This document shows, in pieces, positions 60,451 to 64,000 of a stretch of 64,000 bases of DNA (positions within the stretch are counted from its first letter, which is position 1; each line of letters begins with the position of its first letter). The stretch is taken from assembly GCA_963780185.1 (NCBI GenBank), contig CAWABA010000010.1:1-64000 (forward strand). Direction: 5' to 3'. This DNA comes from Candidatus Bathyarchaeota archaeon. GTDB taxonomy: Archaea > Thermoproteota > Bathyarchaeia > Bathyarchaeales > Bathycorpusculaceae. The notes under the pieces are model-generated. The model did not search any database and was not told where the DNA came from. It was given only the letters and a program-made list of their open reading frames with translations. The translations under genes and the position numbers were made by a program.

Positions 60451-61431
60451 ATGGCTGTTAAAACAACACCAGTGTATATTGACTTGTTGAACCAAGCGGT
60501 AGAACGCGAATTCCAAGTCGCAGTACAGTATTTCCTGCAGCACGCAAAAATGGAAAAAATCATTAAGAAACAAATCCCCGAAAACATCCTCTTAGACAAA
60601 ACCACTTATGACGCAGTTGGAAAGATTCTTCACGAAATCTCCGTCCAAGAAATGAAGCATGCCGCTTCCATAATGGAAAGAATTTACTATCTTGGCGGCG
60701 AAGCGACCACTAAAGGCGGCAAAGTAGTCATCGGCGACACTATCAGCGAATTCGCCAAGCTCGGCGTAAAGGCGGAGGAAGAAGCCTTGGTCTTGTACCG
60801 TAAAATCATCGATACAGCTGGGCAAATGGGCGACTGGGAAACACGGGAGACGTTTGAAAAAATCTACGGTGAAGAAGAAGAACACCTCTTCAAATTCCAA
60901 GAGTACACTGCCTTCCAGGATGAGAAGGAAGGCCCCGATCAGGTGCCTCTGTCCGAGTGGCGCAAAATATTCACCCCCGACTACATTGAACTGTTGAACA
61001 AGGCGGTTGCAGCTGAAATCTGCGGGATAATCCAGTACACTAACCAGCATGAAAAAGCCGCGTTGCTTGAGCTCAGAATGAAGAAGACTCCGCTAGAAAC
61101 CGTTCAGGGAACAAACTACCAGGGCGTCGTGAGCAAACTCCTCAAAGACGTGTTCATGCAGGAAATGGCCCACCTTGAAAAAATCAGCGAACGAATCTAC
61201 CTAGTCGACGGCGAAGCAGTAACCAAGCCGAATCCTCTCCCTGTCGTCGGCAAAACACCGCTCGAAATCCTGCGGCTAGACCACAAACTTGAAGCAGACA
61301 CCATCGCGCTATATCGGCAAATCATCGCTGAAGCCATGAAACGCGGCGACACGACAACAAGAAGAATCTTTGAAGACATCGTTCTGCAGGAAGAAGACCA
61401 CTACTGGACATTCGACGACTACGTCAGATAA
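60451..61431 (+). CDS. Tandem bacterioferritin-like (two ferritin domains) protein
   Basis: Two LLNxAVxxE...QY..H...EMxH..ERIY...EExH modules. Confidence 0.9.
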   Translation: MAVKTTPVYIDLLNQAVEREFQVAVQYFLQHAKMEKIIKKQIPENILLDKTTYDAVGKILHEISVQEMKHAASIMERIYYLGGEATTKGGKVVIGDTISEFAKLGVKAEEEALVLYRKIIDTAGQMGDWETRETFEKIYGEEEEHLFKFQEYTAFQDEKEGPDQVPLSEWRKIFTPDYIELLNKAVAAEICGIIQYTNQHEKAALLELRMKKTPLETVQGTNYQGVVSKLLKDVFMQEMAHLEKISERIYLVDGEAVTKPNPLPVVGKTPLEILRLDHKLEADTIALYRQIIAEAMKRGDTTTRRIFEDIVLQEEDHYWTFDDYVR

Positions 61432-61627
61432 ACCAACTTTTCTTTCCCTATTTTCTTTTCAGGGACACTTCTCTTTATCTTAATATGCCCTCTATGTTGA
61501 AGCCTGTTTAGAACTTCGTTTTTTTTGGCGCAGGAGCAATTAATTTTAGATTCAAATAGAAAACTGGTTTTTCCGAAACCTTAATTCCCAACCAGCGCCA
61601 CAACTAGACCTGACAGAGGCGAAGTTA

Positions 61628-61765
61628 ATGCAGAAAAAAGATTTGCCTCGTTGTGTAAACTGCGGGAATCTTATCGACGACTGTAAATGCGTGTGCCCGT
61701 ATTGCGGGGAAACTGCAAAGTGCACTTGTTGCATCGGCATCGATAAAGCATCAGGCGGCGGGTAA
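61628..61765 (+). CDS. 45-aa Cys-rich metallothionein-like microprotein
   Basis: MQKKDLPRCVNCGNLIDDCKCVCPYCGETAKCTCCIGIDKASGGG*; GAGGCG SD. Confidence 0.7.
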   Translation: MQKKDLPRCVNCGNLIDDCKCVCPYCGETAKCTCCIGIDKASGGG

Positions 61766-61812
61766 CCGCTCCTTAATATGTACAAAGTTATTCATGGGAA
61801 AGGGAAACAAAA

Positions 61813-63739
61813 ATGGTAACTGAAAGCATAAACTGGATGGCAGGCGGCCCACAAGGCAGCGGCGTCGACTCAGCTGCGACTATACTCGGAAGAGCATGCG
61901 GCTACGGCGGTCTTTGGGTTTTCGGCAGAAGAGAATACCACTCAAACATCAAAACCATGCACAGCTACTTTCACCAGCGAGTCTCGAAAGAGCCAACTTT
62001 AGCTAACATTAGCGACGTGAATTTGCTTGCGGCTTTTGACGCGGAAACCATCGTTAGGCATGTCGGCGAAGTCGTGAGTGAAGGCGGCATAATAGTTGAT
62101 TCACGCGACATAGGCGTCAACGTCTTAACGGGCATACCTACGTTCTCAGAGGAATACAAAAGCCAAATTCGCGCTTTCCAAAAAGAAAACGGTGTAGGCG
62201 AAACCGTAAACGACTTCTTAAACTACGCCAAAGGAAAAAACATTCAGGTCTATCCTGTTCCATACATGGATTTGCTTGCAGAAATCGGCAAAGCCATCAA
62301 AATAGACAAAGTAAGCCAACTTTCAAAAATGATAAACGTCCTCACAATAGGCGTCTCATTTGCCCTGTTGAAATACGACAAAAAACTTGTAGAAGATGCA
62401 ATCAAAGCCACTTTCCACGAAAAAATCGTCGACATGAACCTCACAGCCGTGGATTACGCTTACGATTACGCCGAAAAAAACTTTGACGTAAACCATTTCA
62501 AGTACAAACTGGAAAAAATCGGCGTCAATGAGCCGAGAATTTTCCTGACGGGAAACCAAGCGGTCGCCATGGGCAAGGTGCTGGGTGGCTGCAGGGTACA
62601 AACATACTACCCTATAACGCCCGCGGCTGATGAAAGCGAGTACTTAGAGGCACATGAAATCCTTAAAACAAAAACGGGTCAAGAAGCAATTATTGTAATT
62701 CAAACCGAAGACGAAATTGCAGCTGTAAATTCCGCTTCGGGCGCATGTTTAACAGGCGCAAGAGCAGCGACCAGCACGTCGGGTCCAGGTTTTTCTCTTA
62801 TGGCTGAAGGCATTGGCTGGGCAGGCAACAACGAAGTGCCCGTGGTTATCACGTATTACCAGCGGGGTGGCCCGGCAACTGGGCAGCCAACACGGAACAG
62901 TCAACAAGACCTGCGGTTTGCCATGCATGCGGCTCACGGTGAATTTGCAAGAATCATCCTTGCGTCAGGAGACATACAGGAATGTTTCTACGACGCTGCC
63001 GAAGTATTCAATCTTGCAGAAAAATACCAAGTGCCCGTAATCCATCTGCTAGACAAAGCCATGGCTAACTGCAGCCAAACCTACCCCATCTTCAACTACG
63101 GAAGCGTCAAGGTGGACCGCGGCTTAATCGTCGGCGAAAAAGAGCTGGAAGGCAAAGAGTACAAGCGCTTCAGGTTCACTGAAACAGGTGTTTCCCCGAG
63201 GGCTTTTCTGGGAACAAAAAACGCCATCCAATGGTGCACTGGAGACGAACATAACGAGAGCGGAAACATTAACGAGGAACCCTTCATTCGAGCGCAAATG
63301 ATGGAGAAAAGAATGAAGAAACTTGACCTGATCGACAGAGAAGTGCCGGTGGACTTGAAAGTTAACTTTTTCGGCGACAAGGACTCAGAAAACATCGTGG
63401 TCAGCTGGGGCTCACCTAAAGGAGCCATCATCGAATCGCTAAACCAGCTGAAAGAAGAAGGCTTAAGCTTGGGGTTCATTCAGGTGCGAATGGTTCATCC
63501 GCTTCCCTCTGCTTACCTTAAAGAGATGCTTACGGGTAAAAAACGGGTAATTGACGTGGAAGACAACTACTCTGCTCAGCTCGGCGGGAATAATAACGGA
63601 GTGCACAACCATCAAACCTAACTTTTACGTCCTCAAATACACGGGAAGACCCATGATGACAACCGAAGTGTACAACGCCCTGAAAATGATTTTAACAGAC
63701 AAGGCCCCAGAAAGGCAGGTGCTTATGCTTGGCTCATAA
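61813..63739 (+). CDS. korA: 2-oxoacid:ferredoxin oxidoreductase alpha subunit (gamma-alpha fusion; frameshift near 63588)
   Basis: GGPQGSGV, YYPITPA, EDEIAA, TSTSGPGFSLM, QRGGPATGQPT; shifted tail LKYTGRPM. Confidence 0.92.
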
Positions 63740-64000
63740 ACCTGCAGACTACAAAACCAACGTCTACATGGACTGGTGTCCAGGCTGCGGAGACTTCGGC
63801 ATCACAAGCGCAATTCAGATGGCGCTAGCCGACCTTAACCTTGAACCGCACAAAGTCGTCGTCGTTTCTGGAGTAGGCAACGCCGCCAAAACGCCCCACT
63901 TCATAAAAGTCAACGGCGTCCACACACTCCACGGTAGGCTTCTGCCGTTTGCCATGGGCATCAAAGTTGCCAACCCAGATTTGGAGGTCATCGGCGTCGG
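63729..64000 (+). CDS. korB: 2-oxoacid:ferredoxin oxidoreductase beta subunit (3'-partial)
   Basis: TTG start; DWCPGCGDFG, VSGVG, VHTLHGR.LP.A.G.K.ANP. Confidence 0.92.
   Translation, partial: MAHKPADYKTNVYMDWCPGCGDFGITSAIQMALADLNLEPHKVVVVSGVGNAAKTPHFIKVNGVHTLHGRLLPFAMGIKVANPDLEVIGV

Noticed and set aside
10440-63590. Single frameshifts near 10445, 21500, 56364, 57930, 60292 and 63588 as programmed frameshifting or pseudogenes
   Set aside because: Mostly isolated single-base insertions without a shared slippery motif, including in a core enzyme (OFOR alpha). Assembly indel errors are the simplest explanation; this needs a read check.

Overview
Archaeal chromosomal window, most consistent with Bathyarchaeia (inferred from aIF-1A, aIF-2alpha, L35Ae, methanopterin-type genes and many PEF-CTERM-like proteins). 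1-14 kb is a cell-surface locus. It holds a 5'-truncated exosortase/archaeosortase fused to an EpsI-like domain, five PE[S/Y]-CTERM substrates, three TasA-like secreted subunits and a second three-gene family of secreted beta-rich subunits. Two of the substrates are paralogues carrying thioester-domain (YC...QxAIW...QxL) signatures. Two of the TasA-like genes share a perfect 110-bp inverted repeat. Next come a minimal PolX, a pterin/methanopterin cluster (folE2, queD, two RFAP synthases, mptE, DUF1464) interrupted by a DNA methylase-Mrr fusion, a YVTN/Ig surface protein, a decayed XamI-like R-M system and a che cluster with a soluble MCP. Further on are a MoxR-type ATPase, a large PEF-CTERM protein, a translation-factor island, and tRNA-Ser(GCT) with a Fic mini-island and a possible split-integrase N-fragment. 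A dispersed non-coding repeat occurs twice, and the window ends with a double ferritin and 2-oxoacid:ferredoxin oxidoreductase genes. Several isolated frameshifts look like assembly indel errors. All family assignments are from motif recognition by eye; no searches were run.
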